NCBI RefSeq assembly: GCF_009914755.1
Contig: NC_060928.1
DNA from: the human T2T-CHM13v2.0 reference genome, Homo sapiens
Length of the DNA: 64,000 nt
Reading direction: 5' to 3' (one strand)
The notes under the pieces: generated by a model
Told to the model about the DNA's origin: nothing
Databases searched by the model: none
What the model saw: the letters and a program-made list of their open reading frames with translations, nothing else
Part shown: positions 1 through 13,704 of the stretch, one piece after another
Position numbering within the stretch: position 1 is the first letter of the stretch
Layout: each line of letters opens with the position of its first letter
Made by a program: the position numbers and the translations under genes

Positions 1-2289
1 AAATTCTTGAATTGAATACAACGCATTGATTGTCCACAAGTGGGTTCTTCATTCCTCCTCTGGCTTGGCTGAGCAATTACTCTAATTCTCATGAAAAAAT
101 TTTTGATTTGGAAATCAGGATTAATCTCCATATTATATTATCTAACATACTTCCATACCACTTCCACTTCCACAGTAGAGTTTGTTATTTATTAATTGCC
201 ACCCATCCCTTGTATTAGTGCTTTAGCATAGTATGGACTTACTGAGACTAGAGTGTGGCATTATCATTTCTCTCACCATAATAAGTTGCTCTAGCTCATG
301 TTCACCACATGAAAGATCTTAGAGGGATTTTATTTTAAAAATATCCTTATAGTCACTCCTGGAAACCCAAAGATTAGGCATGAATGGACATGCATTCATA
401 CATGTTCATTGTAGCTCAGAAGTAAAATTTAAAAGAGAAATACCACAGGTTTGTTATATACAAGTATTGTTGCCATAACAGAACATGGTTTTTAATCTAT
501 TATAAATTCATCACTACACATAATATTCAAGCTTTGTTGACTTTTCCCAGCAGTAAAGAAATATATATTTCTTTAGATGGGATGCTGATAAGGATAATAA
601 AAATGTAAAACATTTTTTGATTATGAAAACAATCTCTGGATATTTATATGCATCATAATAACTTCATGTCATTTTAAATAATTCATGAAGATAGGAAATA
701 TGAAAGGAGTTTTAGAGTTGGAAAGATAAATTATATTTTTCAAATGTGGCATTTGAAAAGTTTGTGCAAAGTTGGAGTAAAAGAATTTTGACATCAGGTG
801 ATATCTGAGCCAGATACATAGCTAATGGAGCTCAAAAATGTTAAAGAGAGGTTAACTGAAAGGACTTTGGGAGTAGAAAGTGAAGATCATAAAAGAGGTC
901 AAGAGAAATAGCAAGATATTCAAGTGAGAAAAAAACCCACACAAATAAATTCCTGAATAATGGGTATGATAGAGTAAATGTTATTTTCAACATGAAGAAA
1001 AATAGGTAGAAAAAAGAAAGGTAATTCACACTATGTAAACAGTCAGCTAGTTAAAAAGGTAAATATCGCAGGACTTTTGAGAGATAATTTTGATATATTT
1101 TTGTATTAACAGCATTGATTATATAATTAGATGAAAGAAAAATTGTATTCCTAATATAATATGATCAAAAATATATTCAAATATTAGAATTGTTCTGACA
1201 TTTGGATGCTGACTTTGCATTTGATTCTGAAAATTTATATTAAGTTCAAAAGATGATTTTTATTTAGTTAACATTATAAGACAAATCAAGACCAATTAGG
1301 TTTAAAGTAGACAGATTTTTTTTTTTGGTTTGTTACACCTTAAATATATTGCAAATAGGATCTTAGTAAATTTAGTACCTTAATAATTTCTACCGTGATG
1401 GACAAATTCTCCATTTTCAATACCACTTTGTTACCTCCTCTATAAAATGAGCATAAAATAAAATAGCAAGTTTTATGAGAGGTCACAACATATTGCCATA
1501 AGATCTAAACTTTTAAGTACACTATTAAAGTGACTAAAAGTAGTAAGAAAATACATTAAAATAAAAGGCAGTACACAGTAGATGATGAAAGAACTAAATT
1601 GGAATCCTTAAGAGGCCTATAAAAAATTAAATATTGAACAATAATTTTAATTGGGGTTTAGCTTCATTTGATTGTGAAATATTATTTCAAGTTTATTCCT
1701 CTTTTTTCAAATGAAGACACAATTGATTGCTACCTTTGAACAGAACGTCTTTTCACGTATATCTCTATCTCAAGTTATTTTCAATATTTTTTGATGTATC
1801 ATCCCACTAATCACATGCTGACTCACTCCTGCCATCAAAAGCTCAGAACTGCCAGTTAAGCTAAGGTAACATTTTTAGAACTCATTTATGAAGTATTTCT
1901 CTTTCAGGACAATAAATATCTTGTATACAGACAATATGCAAAGCACTTCCAAGTTTTAATTGTAAAAAATGATAAAAATGTGTTTTTCATTAATTTTGAA
2001 CAAAAGAATTAATGTCTACTAAGCCATTAGCAAATTTTCTTTTTAGAAAATATGGAGCCAATAATTTGCATCTCCTTTTTTATGGCAATATTCAACAACC
2101 GAATGCAAGATTAACTAAATAACTTATTAAACTAGAACTTAAATCTAATAACAACACATGAAATCAAAACTAGACAAAAATGAAAATGTTTTTGCTCACA
2201 TAAAAGACATGTCATTCCAGTAGTTGCTTTAGGGGAAAATACAAATTTTAGCCAAATTATAAGCATCAAAAGTATGTACATCCTAAATG

Positions 2290-3310
2290 AGATAGTGGCA
2301 GGAGACAAATTCCTAGGCAGACAGGAGCAAGTACTTGGTGAAACCCGACCAAAGACAATTTAAAGCCTGAAAACCGAGTTGCTGGTTCTTCATAGAGTCC
2401 ATGACCAGAGGGAACTTCTATTCATTGCCCACTCTTTCCTGATTGGTTCTTTCTAAATAATGTTTTTCCAGGGCTACCCACAGCCTGCACCTCCTCACTC
2501 CAAACTTATAAAAACCCTGGACTCAGGCACTCAGGCGACTACCTGCTTTCAGGCCCTCTCTCACACAGAGGGCTACCCACTTTGGGTCCCCTCTCATTGT
2601 CTAGAGCTTTTCTATAGCTCAATAAAATTCTTCTCTGCCTTGCTTACTCTCTGTTGTCATTGTGCCTCATTCTTCTTGGACGTGGGACAATACCCCAGAA
2701 CCTGCTGAAAGGCGGGAGCGGAAAAGGGCGGTAACACTCTCTGGCTGGGTCACCTTGCTGCAGGCAGCATGAATGAAAAGAGCTGTGACATGCTCCCGGT
2801 AGCCTAACTACAGGAGTGAAGAGCCTTCTAGGGGCCCAGACCTCTAGACTCCCAGACCGAGAGCTGTAACATGCCCCTGTTTGCAAATCCGTGGGTGGTG
2901 GGAACGAACAGGCTATAACAAGCCCCCGTTTGCCAAGCTGTGAGCAGTGGGAATGAGAGAACTGTGACATTCCCTGGTGGCTCAGACTTCAGGCCTCCTG
3001 AAGCAGAAGCTGTGACACCCCTTGCGGCTTCTTGGTTGCTGGTGTTTCCAAGTTTTCTGGCGGCTGCCATGTCCTCCTTGTCCAGACAGTGACTCAAGGC
3101 AGAATCCGGTCCCTGCATGCTTGGACCAGCCGCAGGCTAAGCGCAGAGCCACAGTGGGTGCGGGATCTGGGCCCATAGCACCAGCCGATAGCAGCCTGCC
3201 AGGTTGAGTGGGAGGAGCGAGACCAGCAGGCTCCAGCAAAGTCTGTGCAGAGGTGCTGCTGGCCATGGAAATCTCCACCTGGTGAAGCGACACCAAAAGA
3301 ATCCTCTGCA
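2290..3310 (+). mobile_element. Solo ERV1 LTR, LTR28/LTR1-like, full length (~1.02 kb)
   Basis: Starts (A)GATAGTGGCAGGAGACAAATTCCTAGGCAG and ends ..TCTGCA. 4-bp TSD AATG at 2286-2289 and 3311-3314. Inverted CCAAT at 2441-2446, TATAAAA at 2507-2513, AATAAA at 2621-2626. GC-rich relative to flanks. Subfamily is from recall. Confidence 0.8.
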
Positions 3311-3404
3311 AATGCTTCTGAATCTGGTACTTTCAATCTGGGAAGGAATCATATTGTGTACAAATGGCAAAAGGTTTCTTTCTGTACTTCTTTTGGTTTT
3401 CCCT

Positions 3405-3488
3405 TTAACATAGAAGGCTACATAGTACTAGAATATTTGACATACTTAACAAAGAAGGTACATAGTACTAGAATATTTGAAATATACT
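3405..3488. repeat. Local ~40-bp tandem duplication
   Basis: TTAACA.AGAAGG(C)TACATAGTACTAGAATATTTGA occurs at ~3405 and ~3446. Confidence 0.85.
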
Positions 3489-3526
3489 AGCTAAAAGTGT
3501 ATATTCTAAAAAATTTAGCTTAGTTA

Positions 3527-3843
<317 letters not shown>

Positions 3844-4269
3844 TCCTTAATACAGGTCATTAGATTTATATCAATATATGAAACCAAAAGAAGATGCTTT
3901 GGCCCCATGTATCATAGTGGGTCTTTCTAAGTAAAATATATAGGCCAATCAGAATATGTCTGTCATTGCAATGCCACTGTTTCCACATACACTCCAAACC
4001 AGCTTATTTCAGCAATAGTGTTTAATAGCTAAAAATAATCCAAATTTTTGTAGTTAGGGAAAAGCCTAGATTGTATAATAAGTCCAAATTAAATGGCTCA
4101 TTTTGTGTGGTTTATTTTGTGATCAATCATGCTCAGAGTGAATACTTTAGGTTGGCAGTAGGCTCTGTTTCACCAAAGTACTCTGATATCCAGACTGAAA
4201 TCAGCACTGTCAGCTTTCCATCTTGGGATCATGGTTCCCAAGATCTCTGATCTCCATTAAAATAAAGGT

Positions 4270-4370
4270 ATGTTTTTAATCTATTCATCCAGCGATGGGC
4301 ATTTAGGTTATTTCCATATCTTGGCTACTATACATAATGCCGCAGTGAGCATGGGATTACAGGTGTCTCT
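4270..4370 (-). mobile_element. Old L1 ORF2-end fragment
   Basis: Reverse complement of the L1 GCATTAT..ATAGCCAAGATATGGAAATAACCTAAATGCCCATC region. Confidence 0.7.
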
Positions 4371-4440
4371 AATCGTCAGGGAAATACAAATTAAAACCAC
4401 AAGGAGATATCACTTCATACCTGTTAGAATGGCTATTTTC

Positions 4441-5138
4441 TTTTTATTTTATTTTATTATTATTATACTTTAAGCTTTAGGGTACATGTGCACAATGTGC
4501 AGGTTAGTTACATATGTATACATGTGCCATGCTGGTGTGCTGCACCCATTAACTCGTCATTTCACTTTAGGTATATCTCCTAAAGCTATCCCTCTCCCCT
4601 CCCCCAACCCCACAACAGTCCCCAGAGGGTGATGTTCCCCTTCATGTGTCCATGTGTTCTCATTGTTCAATTCCCACCTATGAGTGAGAACATGCGGTGT
4701 TTGGTTTTTTGTTCTTGCGATAGTTTACTGAGAATGATGATTTCCAATTTCATCCATGTCCCTACAAAGGACATGAACTCAACATTTTTTATGGCTGCAT
4801 AGTATTCCATGGTGTATATGTGCCACATTTTCTTAATCCAGTCTATCATTGTTGGACATTTGGGTTGGTTCCAAGTCTTTGCTACTGTGAATAGAGCCGC
4901 AATAAACATACGTGTGCATGTGTCTTTATAGCAGCATGATTTATAGTCCTTTGGGTATATACCCAGTAATGGGATGGCTGGGTCAAATGGTATTTCTAGT
5001 TCTAGATCCCTGAGGAATCACCACACTGACTTCCACAATGGTTGAACTAGTTTACAGTCCCACCAACAGTGTAAAATGTTCCTATTTCTCCACATCCTCT
5101 CCAGCACGTGTTGTTTCCTGACTTTTTAATGATTGCCA
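4441..5138 (-). mobile_element. 5'-truncated L1PA (L1PA3/4-like)
   Basis: Near-consensus L1 3' UTR and ORF2 C-terminus (MFIAALFTVAKTWNQPKCP). 16-bp TSD TAGAATGGCTATTTTC at 4425-4440 and 5139-5154. Confidence 0.95.
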
Positions 5139-5853
5139 TAGAATGGCTATTTTCAAAAAGGTGAAAGATAAGTGCCTTAGGTGAGGATGTGGAAAAAAGG
5201 GAAACCTTGCATATCGTTTTTGGGAATACAAATTAGAACAGTCATTTTGAAAAACAGTGTGGAATTTCCTTAAGAAACTAAAAATAGAACTATCATAATC
5301 CAGCCATTGCGCCTCTGAGTATTTATTCAAAGGAATTGAAATCAGTATGATGAAAAGACTTCTGCACTTCTCTTGTTCATTTCAGCATTATTCACAATAG
5401 CCAACGTATGAAAACAACCTAAGTGCATTATGTATAGAATGGAATACTATTCCTCCTTAAAAAAAGAAAGAAATTCTGTCATTTGCAACAACATGGATGA
5501 ATCGATAGGACATTATGCTTTGGTAAGTGAAATAAGCCAGGGTGAGAAAGACAAATACTATGTGATCTCAATTTTATGTGGAATCTAAAAACGTAGGAAT
5601 CACAGAAGTTGAGAGTAGAATGCTGGTTACCAAAGGCTGGGGGAGGGAAGAGGGGTGAATGGAGAAAGGGGATATGTTAGCCAAAGGGCACAAGGTTTGA
5701 GTTAGACAGGAGAAACATTGATCTATGGCACACTGTGTTGATTATAGTTGACAAAAATATATGGTATCATATATTTCAAAACTGCTAAATAGCGAATTTT
5801 AAATACTCTCACCACAAAGAAATTGTCAGTATATGAGGTAATAAATATGTTAA

Positions 5854-6338
5854 TGTGAGACAAAGTAGGAAACATACAATCTATGTTTGCTCATTTCTGC
5901 TTATCAGTATAATTTCACATAGCTTCTAACTCTGTGAGAACATGCAGGTCTCTGGAGGGGCTCTTTGAAGATAAAACGGGCTGCAACACATGACCCTCTT
6001 GCCTGAGTCATTACATTCTTTAAAATATAAATGACCCTAGAGTCCTTGCTGTTTACTGCACATAAAATAACATCTGACAGGGTTAATAATTATGTCTCAT
6101 TAATCTATAATCATATGTTATCATTGCGCCCAAATTTTGATGTGATTTTACACATACTGAACCCTCCACTACCTTTAGATAAACTGTGAGCTAAATCATC
6201 TTTTTGGAACAGTCTGACAGAAAATCTCTGAAAGATTTCTCCCAGGCTTGGGCTGTCGTCCTCAAGATATAATCCTCAGTAAAACTTGTGACTGAAACTA
6301 ATTTTAGTTCTTTAAAAGCTTGACTTTTTCAGCTGACA
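5854..6338 (+). mobile_element. Solo ERV1 LTR, MER31-like
   Basis: TGTGAGACAAAGTAG...GCTGACA termini. TSD TTAA at 5850-5853 and 6339-6342. Splits the host L1 3' UTR. Confidence 0.75.
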
Positions 6339-7682
6339 TTAATTAGACTGATTTAATGATTCCACAGTGTATAAATGTATCAAAACATCACACTATACTC
6401 CATAAATATATACAATCATTTTATGGCAATTAAAAATAAAATAAAATTGAAAAAAATACAAAAATAAGAAAAATATCTTCTAATAAAAGATAAACAATTT
6501 TTTTCTACCACACATGGAATATTAACTTATTCATAAGGCAAGATTTATTTATAGATGTTTTTATAATTAAGTAGGATTAGCAAAACAAAAACAAACAAAA
6601 AGCAATGTGTATAAATTTCTTTTTCTTTTTGTAATTTAGACAAAATTTCTAAATCCTTCATATTAGGTCAGATAGATGTAGCCCATAAATAAAATATATC
6701 CCTGGAAAAGCAGCTTTGTGTTTCTTAAGCAGTAGGAAACATATTTAATGCAATCATATTAAATGTATATCTACATAATTATTTTTCTATAGATGCCTAA
6801 AAAGCATTCTGATATTCGCCTTCTCTAATATTGCTTTAACGTTTTATAGCAATTGCTTGTGTTTAACAGAATTCTTTTGTCATTTCTTTCCTCTTACGCT
6901 ACAAAAGGATAGATGATGATCTAATCTTCCAATTAAATAAAAAACCATTTGTACACAAAAAAGAACATGACACAAATAATTCATGAGATTGAAGATGGAT
7001 AAAAGCACATATAAAGAAAAGAAGATAATATTACAGTTTAAAGAATATTGTATTTATTTAGTTGAGAGAAGACTGCTCTCTATTGAAATAGTTTATTGAA
7101 AAATGAGAGAAGAAACCCAAAAAATATATATAGAGAGAAAAGTCTTTATATAATATAAAATAGGAAATGCATGGTACAGTGCACATATCAGGAATAAACT
7201 ATTATTATTTAAGTATTTACAGGAATCATATGTCTGTTCTGTTATTGGATGCTCTTAATTCCACTACCACCAATTTAGCTGGTAAATTTAAAACCAACTA
7301 GCTAATGTAATAACTTGCATAAAATGTATATGATTATATTATACTATCTTGTACTTTTATAATGGAGTCTATTTGTTATTTGACATCCCCACTTAATCAC
7401 TACATACTATATGTGCCAAACAATTTACTAAGCAACTGGATCTACAAAAGAATTAAATAGGGGAGTTCAAGATGCTTATTTTGAGTAAGGAAGATAAAAA
7501 TAAATATCTGTACATTCACATGATAAGTACAAAACTAAATCTTTAGATTATTATTAACATTTAAGCTATGGGAAAGTGCACTAAAATACATTAAATGGCT
7601 CTGAATTCACACAATTGTGTATCAGTTTAGACATACATAAAGACTAATGCAGACTTATGTTTAATGAAATAACATGTCATAA

Positions 7683-7932
7683 TCACAATGAGTTTTTAAT
7701 ATAATGAGTCTTCTTTGTCTGGGTACTAGGAAACTCCGGGTCAGAGTTTACTGGGGCCTGTTTGTGCTTATGTTTGTGTTTGGTTGTGGTATTTTTTCTT
7801 TTCTGCTCATGTGTCCTAAGCCCATGCACTGCAATATCGATCTCTGGATATCCATTGGTGTCCAAAAGTCTTGAATCACAGCAGATATAATTCTAACTCT
7901 GGGTTGACAGTTGCTTAAGTTGAAACTAATAC
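7683..7932 (-). pseudogene. Candidate terminal exon of a decayed multi-exon gene
   Basis: Acceptor ttattattttttatttatgaacaaatag|G at 7933. Phase-1 frame (G)ISFNLSNCQPRVRIISAVIQDFWTPMDIQ..RPQ* ends at TAA 7750-7748. A second frame stays open to TGA 7685-7683. ATTAAA on minus at ~7700 and ~7665. Confidence 0.6.
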
Positions 7933-8701
7933 CTATTTGTTCATAAATAAAAAATAATAAGGACATTTATTTCCAGAATGTTGTCTGCACATGATTTAAT
8001 AATTTGAAACATTGTACTTACTCCCAAATAATTGTGCTTTATATTTTAATCATCACATCGATATTAAAAACTTTTAGCAAATCAATGAGAAATATTCCTT
8101 TTTGGGGGAAGAAAAAACTATCCTTTAATATGTTCCATTAAATTTTGGGACATGCACTTTCAAGTATCTGAACAGTATAATAGCAGTTCAGATATACACC
8201 TCAGCATAGTAAACTTCCTAGCAAAACCAAGCACAACTATTTCTAAAGAGCAGTTATAACCAGTACTCATAAACATGTACTCCCAAAATAGTTTTTACAC
8301 AGAATAAAGAAAATAAATTGTATTTTTGAAGGGAGCACTTAGAAAATTGTTTCTGGTCAAATTTGAACATACAATTTAATAATGCACTAATTAGGTACGG
8401 TTGCCTGGTGTAATGTTTAAACTGCTCCCTCAAATGGTTCTGCTACATTTTAAATTTTGATCACACACTGAGTTAAAAGTTCTAGCATAGGCATCTCTAC
8501 TTCCAGCTTCAATAGTTCTGTAAAATAATTTAGCTTTCTTGTTAATATGGTTATTAAATCAGGGTCGGACTAACTGCTGATCTAGCTCCAGTAAAATCTC
8601 ATGAATTATACAAATCAAAGTTGTATAATTTATAAGTCTGCTCATGGAAATTTTAACTGATGCAAAAACAAAATCTAGGCTCAGGTATTAGTTTCAATGT
8701 C

Positions 8702-8868
8702 TTTTATTTTTCTTTCTTTGAGACAGAGTCCTATTCTATCACCTATGCTGGAGTGCAGCGGGGCAGCCGTAGCTCACTGAAACCTCGACCTGCAGGGCTC
8801 AAAGGATCCTCCCTCCTGAGCTTCCCAAAGTCCTGAGATTACAGGTGTGAGCCACTGCACCTTGTGCC
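8702..8868 (-). mobile_element. Old Alu monomer (FRAM/AluJ-like)
   Basis: Single Alu arm with a T-rich tail. AGTTTCAA on both flanks (8690-8697, 8869-8876). Confidence 0.85.
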
Positions 8869-9907
8869 AGTTTCAACATTATTTAATATATTAACATATT
8901 ACATGGTCAATAGCTTTTTGATTGTCATTTGAAGATATGCACAATTTGACATAAAATATTACATTAAGTACCAAGTAACAAATGATATAAGATAAATTTT
9001 TTATAATCATTGCTTATAGTCTATGTTTCTTAAAACATTTTATACTCTCTGAAAAGCTGTTACAATCAAAAGTATGTGCTAACCATGACACATTGCATAT
9101 ATTAATTCTTTACGTTTATCTATGTCTGAAAGTTAATAAAATGAAACTCTAGAGAAATAATAAGAGTGATTTCATTAAAAGTAGAGACTTCCAGCCATTT
9201 CCACTGAAGCCAATAATTTGTCAAACTGCAAACAAGAGGAGCACAATGAGCAGCAGATTAGTCCTTGTGTCCTTCTGTGTCCCAGGGTGCTCTATTCAAC
9301 GTCAAAAAGAAAAATCACCAAAATACCACTTCTCCCAGACAGGGGCTTCATATCCATTTCTATAGGACGTGCCATTTGAGAAAAACATTCCTGACCTTTC
9401 CCACTCTCAGTTCTGCCTTTCCGTTTCTGGAACCTACTTTGCCCAGGGTATATATCATATATAAATTATAAATACCGTTATTCACTAATGCCTTTTATTT
9501 TTTTTCCAATTTTGTCAGGGCCTGGAATCCATAAGAAAACTTAACTGTTTGACAACTAAAGTTTAACCACTTAGGTGATATTTCTTAAATTTAAACAGTT
9601 TCAAGGAGAACATTTTAAATAGTATCCTTCTCTGACTTCTGAAACAAATTTTGTGGAACTGAATTTAGTGGTTTTTTTTTTTTTTTACTTCACAATTTTG
9701 CTAGGATATTGCTGTGGATATGTTGAAGCTCTTGTGAGATTCATGGTTAGCAAGGACATACTATGAATCTTGGGCAAAATTCTCCAATGACAACTTGTTT
9801 ATCTGTCTATTTCTGATTCACAAAACTGAATGTAACTTCCTGGTCAGTAGAATATAGAAAAACTTCTGCCAGATCCATTGTTAACATATGGCATATCAAT
9901 TTCTTAC

Positions 9908-10023
9908 CCTCTGACTTTTTCACTGTTTCTTTACTTTTTAAAGTTGAGTGTAGCATTGAAAAACTTTATGGATTGTTCATCAAGAATTCAATAAAGTATA
10001 AACACCACTTTTACCTACTGTAG
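9908..10023 (-). pseudogene. Candidate internal exon (116 bp, disrupted)
   Basis: Acceptor atatttgtag|C and strong donor AGG|GTAAGA. Best frame LQ*VKVVFILY*ILDEQSIKFFNATLNFKK*. Length is one base off the phase required by its neighbours. Confidence 0.45.
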
Positions 10024-13011
10024 CTACAAATATTCCAAGTTTATGGATAACTTTTATTTTAATTTTTTGTTATTGAGTGTAAATTTAATGAAGAACAACT
10101 CAATATGAATGTGCAGAGGTGATGTCATGTCATCGAAGACCCAAGCTGATATCTCAATATACTAATAACTCTAATATTTCTATTTTTTATCTCTATTATC
10201 TTTATCAAAAGAGGTGAGGTTTGATATAATACGCCCCAGAATCCAACTCAGTTACTGCGAAATATAAGAAGTCAATGTAGCCATCTTATATTTCACTATA
10301 TAATGGCTGACAATGAAATAAGCTGAAGTAAAGTCAATTATTGAGAAATTTTTTTTAAGAAGAAAAAAAGGTGAAAAAACAGTAAGTGGACTCAAATCAA
10401 AGTGTTTGTAATCAGGCCAAACATTACATTGATCTCAGAAATTTCCTTTATACTTGATAGAAGGCCGAGTTTCAATTGACAAATTTATACAGTTCTAGTG
10501 GATTAGAGAGCAAATTATTCTGAATAGTACTTGAAAGCAGGAAATCAGTTAGATGGTTGCTTTCCCATTGTTTTTTGGGGTACTTATTTAAGTGAAATCA
10601 TTACCGTCTTTGCTTTTCTGAATTGATTAATGTGTGGGATACAGATGTCTATTTGGATAGTGATAATAAACAGAAGCCAAAATTGTCTAAAATTCTAAGA
10701 ATCTGGACCAAGCAAGTGATCATCTACTTAACTGTGAAAAAGGAAAGAAACAAACAATAAAACACCTTTCCAAACCTTTCAAAGAGGAAAATAATATCCC
10801 ATTTAGAATAAGAATAGTTTTGTTGTAGATACACTTGAGTTTTATAGAAGTCTCTGGAAATAGTCTTCACTTTCATAGTCTCGATAAGAGAATACTTCTG
10901 TCATGTGCACACTGGAAAAATCACTTTCATTTAGGATATTACATAACAGAGTCATATATCCCAAATCCCTTAGAAATGATAAAATTATAAAACAACCAAA
11001 GATGCAATTTTACACTTGGGCAAAATGTCTTGGTAAACCTTAAACTATGTGGCATACAAATAATATGTTTAATAGATATTATTTCTTTTTATATCGCTGC
11101 ATCATTAAATTCCCTAAACACCCACATATTCCGTACACAAATGTTCACTTGAACATGGTCATCTCAACAAGACACTACCCTCTCATCTTCCATACGATAT
11201 TCTACCATGGGACATGCAGCAATAACCTATAAGGTGATTGAATATCAAATAGTTTTTGTTTCCATCTAACCCGAAAGAACAAAGAATTAGCCTGTCTCCA
11301 ATTCTTTCACCACTATTACTTTCTTAGTTAGCCATGTATCTGCTCCTCCACTCATTTTAGCAATCTCCCTGCACCCTGCCACATAACTTGACTATTCTAA
11401 TCTAACCTTCTTTGTCTTACAGCTGCCCTCGCATTTGCCATGCTTTTGGTATTTTCACCTTTTCTTTTAGTACCCCAACTCTCTTTATTCATATTGTTTT
11501 CTTTCCCTGTGCATTCCTAACCTTCCATAAAAATAAGGTTGACTTTTGTAATAAATTTCAAACAATTGCTATTTACTAGTAACTTGTATTAGCTAAGGAT
11601 TATAAGGGCTATCTAGAGATCATTATTGCTTGTTCTAAGTTATTTTTAATTTGTAATATGCAAATTTTAGAATTTATTTGTCACATATAACTTCAGAAAT
11701 GAATAGAAGACATCACACACATTTATTATGCCATAATATATGATATATATTATACTACATAGGACTAATAGTCAGGTTCTATTAATTACATTATTAAAAC
11801 CACTATATATTTGTATTTAATTTTTGTTTAACAGAGAGGTATTGGATATTACTTTCCCATTGTATTTAAAATTTTCTTTTAAAAACTGTGAGCTAGAAAA
11901 TACTTTATTATGGAATATTATTTTCTTCAAATGATTTACATGAAAGTGCAAGATCTAAAACTCTAAATTTATGTATTGATCCGAAATGCATAAAAATGCA
12001 TACAGAGGCAATTGAAAACTTATTCTGGTTCTTATGTAAATGCCATAATTCAATGTATAACAGATGCAAGAATTTAGGTGTATTTTTTCAATCCCTACTT
12101 CAAGAGCTGCAAGCCTCTAAATTAAAACACCTATATTGTTCTGCTTAAATCCAAAACTACAGAATAATCATATCTATTCAAAATAATTATTTAAATAATA
12201 TTGTTTTTTAAATATACATAAAAGACAGAGATTTACTAAATAGTAGGCTAGACTTGATTTTATTTTTTTGAAAATATAAGTATTTGTATGTCCATATTGG
12301 CATATGCATGAAAAATGATAATTGATGTGTTAACTGTGTGTTGGAGAGATGTTAATTAAAACGGTCACATTCTCCTTCAAAACTTTCCGTTAAAAGTTTT
12401 AAATATGAAAATCAATTGTTTTTGGGTCAGAAAACCAAAGTTATTTTCATTTTTTGAAATGAAGTTCAAGAAATATTTTTCTAATAGGGAAAGAAGGGAT
12501 GCCAAAAAATTCAAAAAATTAAAAGATATAAAAGCCAATTATAATAAGGTTTTAATAAATATGGACATCCTCTTAGTGGATCCATTATTTCAAAAATATT
12601 GTTTATTTTTGCTTTTGAGATCAAATTAGAACCATAAAAAAGCTGTTTCAGAAATACAGAAGTCCTGAGATAAAAAGCCTAGGTACATATTTGACATATT
12701 AGAGAAGTAATAAAGTGTTTTGGACTTTTTTAATGGGTGGCAGTGGTGGTGGTAATAGTTCCTTTCCATTACTTTATTTTTCCTTCCTCTTTTTGAAAAA
12801 ACTGCTCAAATTTCCCTCTGTTTAGCTACATTACAGTAGCCAAAAGTACATTAATAGCTTCTTCCTCAACTACCTTGTGAGATTGATTCCAACATGCACA
12901 TCTTCTCACTTGAACAGTTCTAAAATCATTATGGGTCTTAGGATAGAACACATTTTGCAATCAGTGGCATCAGTAGCAATGTAGCAATTATCAGTGGACT
13001 TACATGAATGT

Positions 13012-13363
13012 TTGTGACGGTGATGAGAATATACCCACCATATCTTCAAGATCTTCAAGAACAGGGAGCTTAATTGGCCAAGGGCTCCAGTGGTTATATT
13101 TTAAAGTCTATCACTGCATTTTCACTGAAACCATGCTCACCACAGGACATGTGGTACTTCCCTTTGACTGCACTGAAAAGTGGGATGGAGACTCTTAAAT
13201 TTCCTTCCTTGTCTTCTTCAATTGAGTAAGACTTGTATTGCAGTTTGAATGCTCTCTCAGTTTCTCCCAACTCCCTCCCTACTTACAGACATTCCCCCTA
13301 AAAAGATAACTGCACCATCCTCCTAATTCTTATGGTCTATTTCCTGGAAGATCTTGACAAACA
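13012..13363 (+). mobile_element. Degraded ERVL LTR (LTR16-like)
   Basis: TGTGACGG.. start. 3' end CCCCCTAAAAA..CTATTTCCTGGAAGATCTTGACAAACA resembles the LTR16 family. Confidence 0.55.
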
Positions 13364-13561
13364 AAATGTGGTATTAGCCTTTCATCTTTTCAATATCAAT
13401 TAAGTTACGTACATTGGTATTATAAAGTGTTTTGAGTTTAATTGCCTTTGTAATATCTTCAGAGAGCTTGTACTCTATAGGACATTAAAATTTAGAATTA
13501 CTGTGTAAATAGTAACAGAGCAATAAGGTGTAAGTTAACATTAGTAAGGCAAACAACTTAC

Positions 13562-13704
13562 CTTTGCCTTTGTTGTTTCCTTTGCACACAACAATTGAGT
13601 GCTTTATGGTATCTAAGAGGATGCCCACAATGAGAAACTCTGTATGCTCTGTTTTGCTATTGAACTTCATGCAAGAATTTTCTATCTCAACAAAATTAAC
13701 AAAT
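13562..13704 (-). pseudogene. Candidate internal exon (143 bp, open frame)
   Basis: Acceptor ccactttcctctacctttag|A and consensus donor AAG|GTAAGT. Phase 2 to phase 1: FVNFVEIENSCMKFNSKTEHTEFLIVGILLDTIKHSIVVCKGNNKGK. Confidence 0.75.

Larger units (their letters stand above)
4371..6470 (+). mobile_element. L1MA-type 3' portion, interrupted by an L1PA (4441-5138) and an LTR (5854-6338)
   Basis: ORF2 end (REIQIKTTRRYH) resumes after the L1PA TSD. The 3' UTR resumes after the LTR and ends in an A-rich tail near 6460. Confidence 0.85.

Noticed and set aside
2460-3490. Cluster of overlapping 60-109 aa ORFs
   Set aside because: They lie in or start within the GC-rich LTR, where stops are scarce; no domain similarity.
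7683-7932. Beta-defensin-like (NYICC) or TSLP/IL-7-like reading of the last exon
   Set aside because: The six-cysteine pattern is absent and the cytokine resemblance covers only a few residues.
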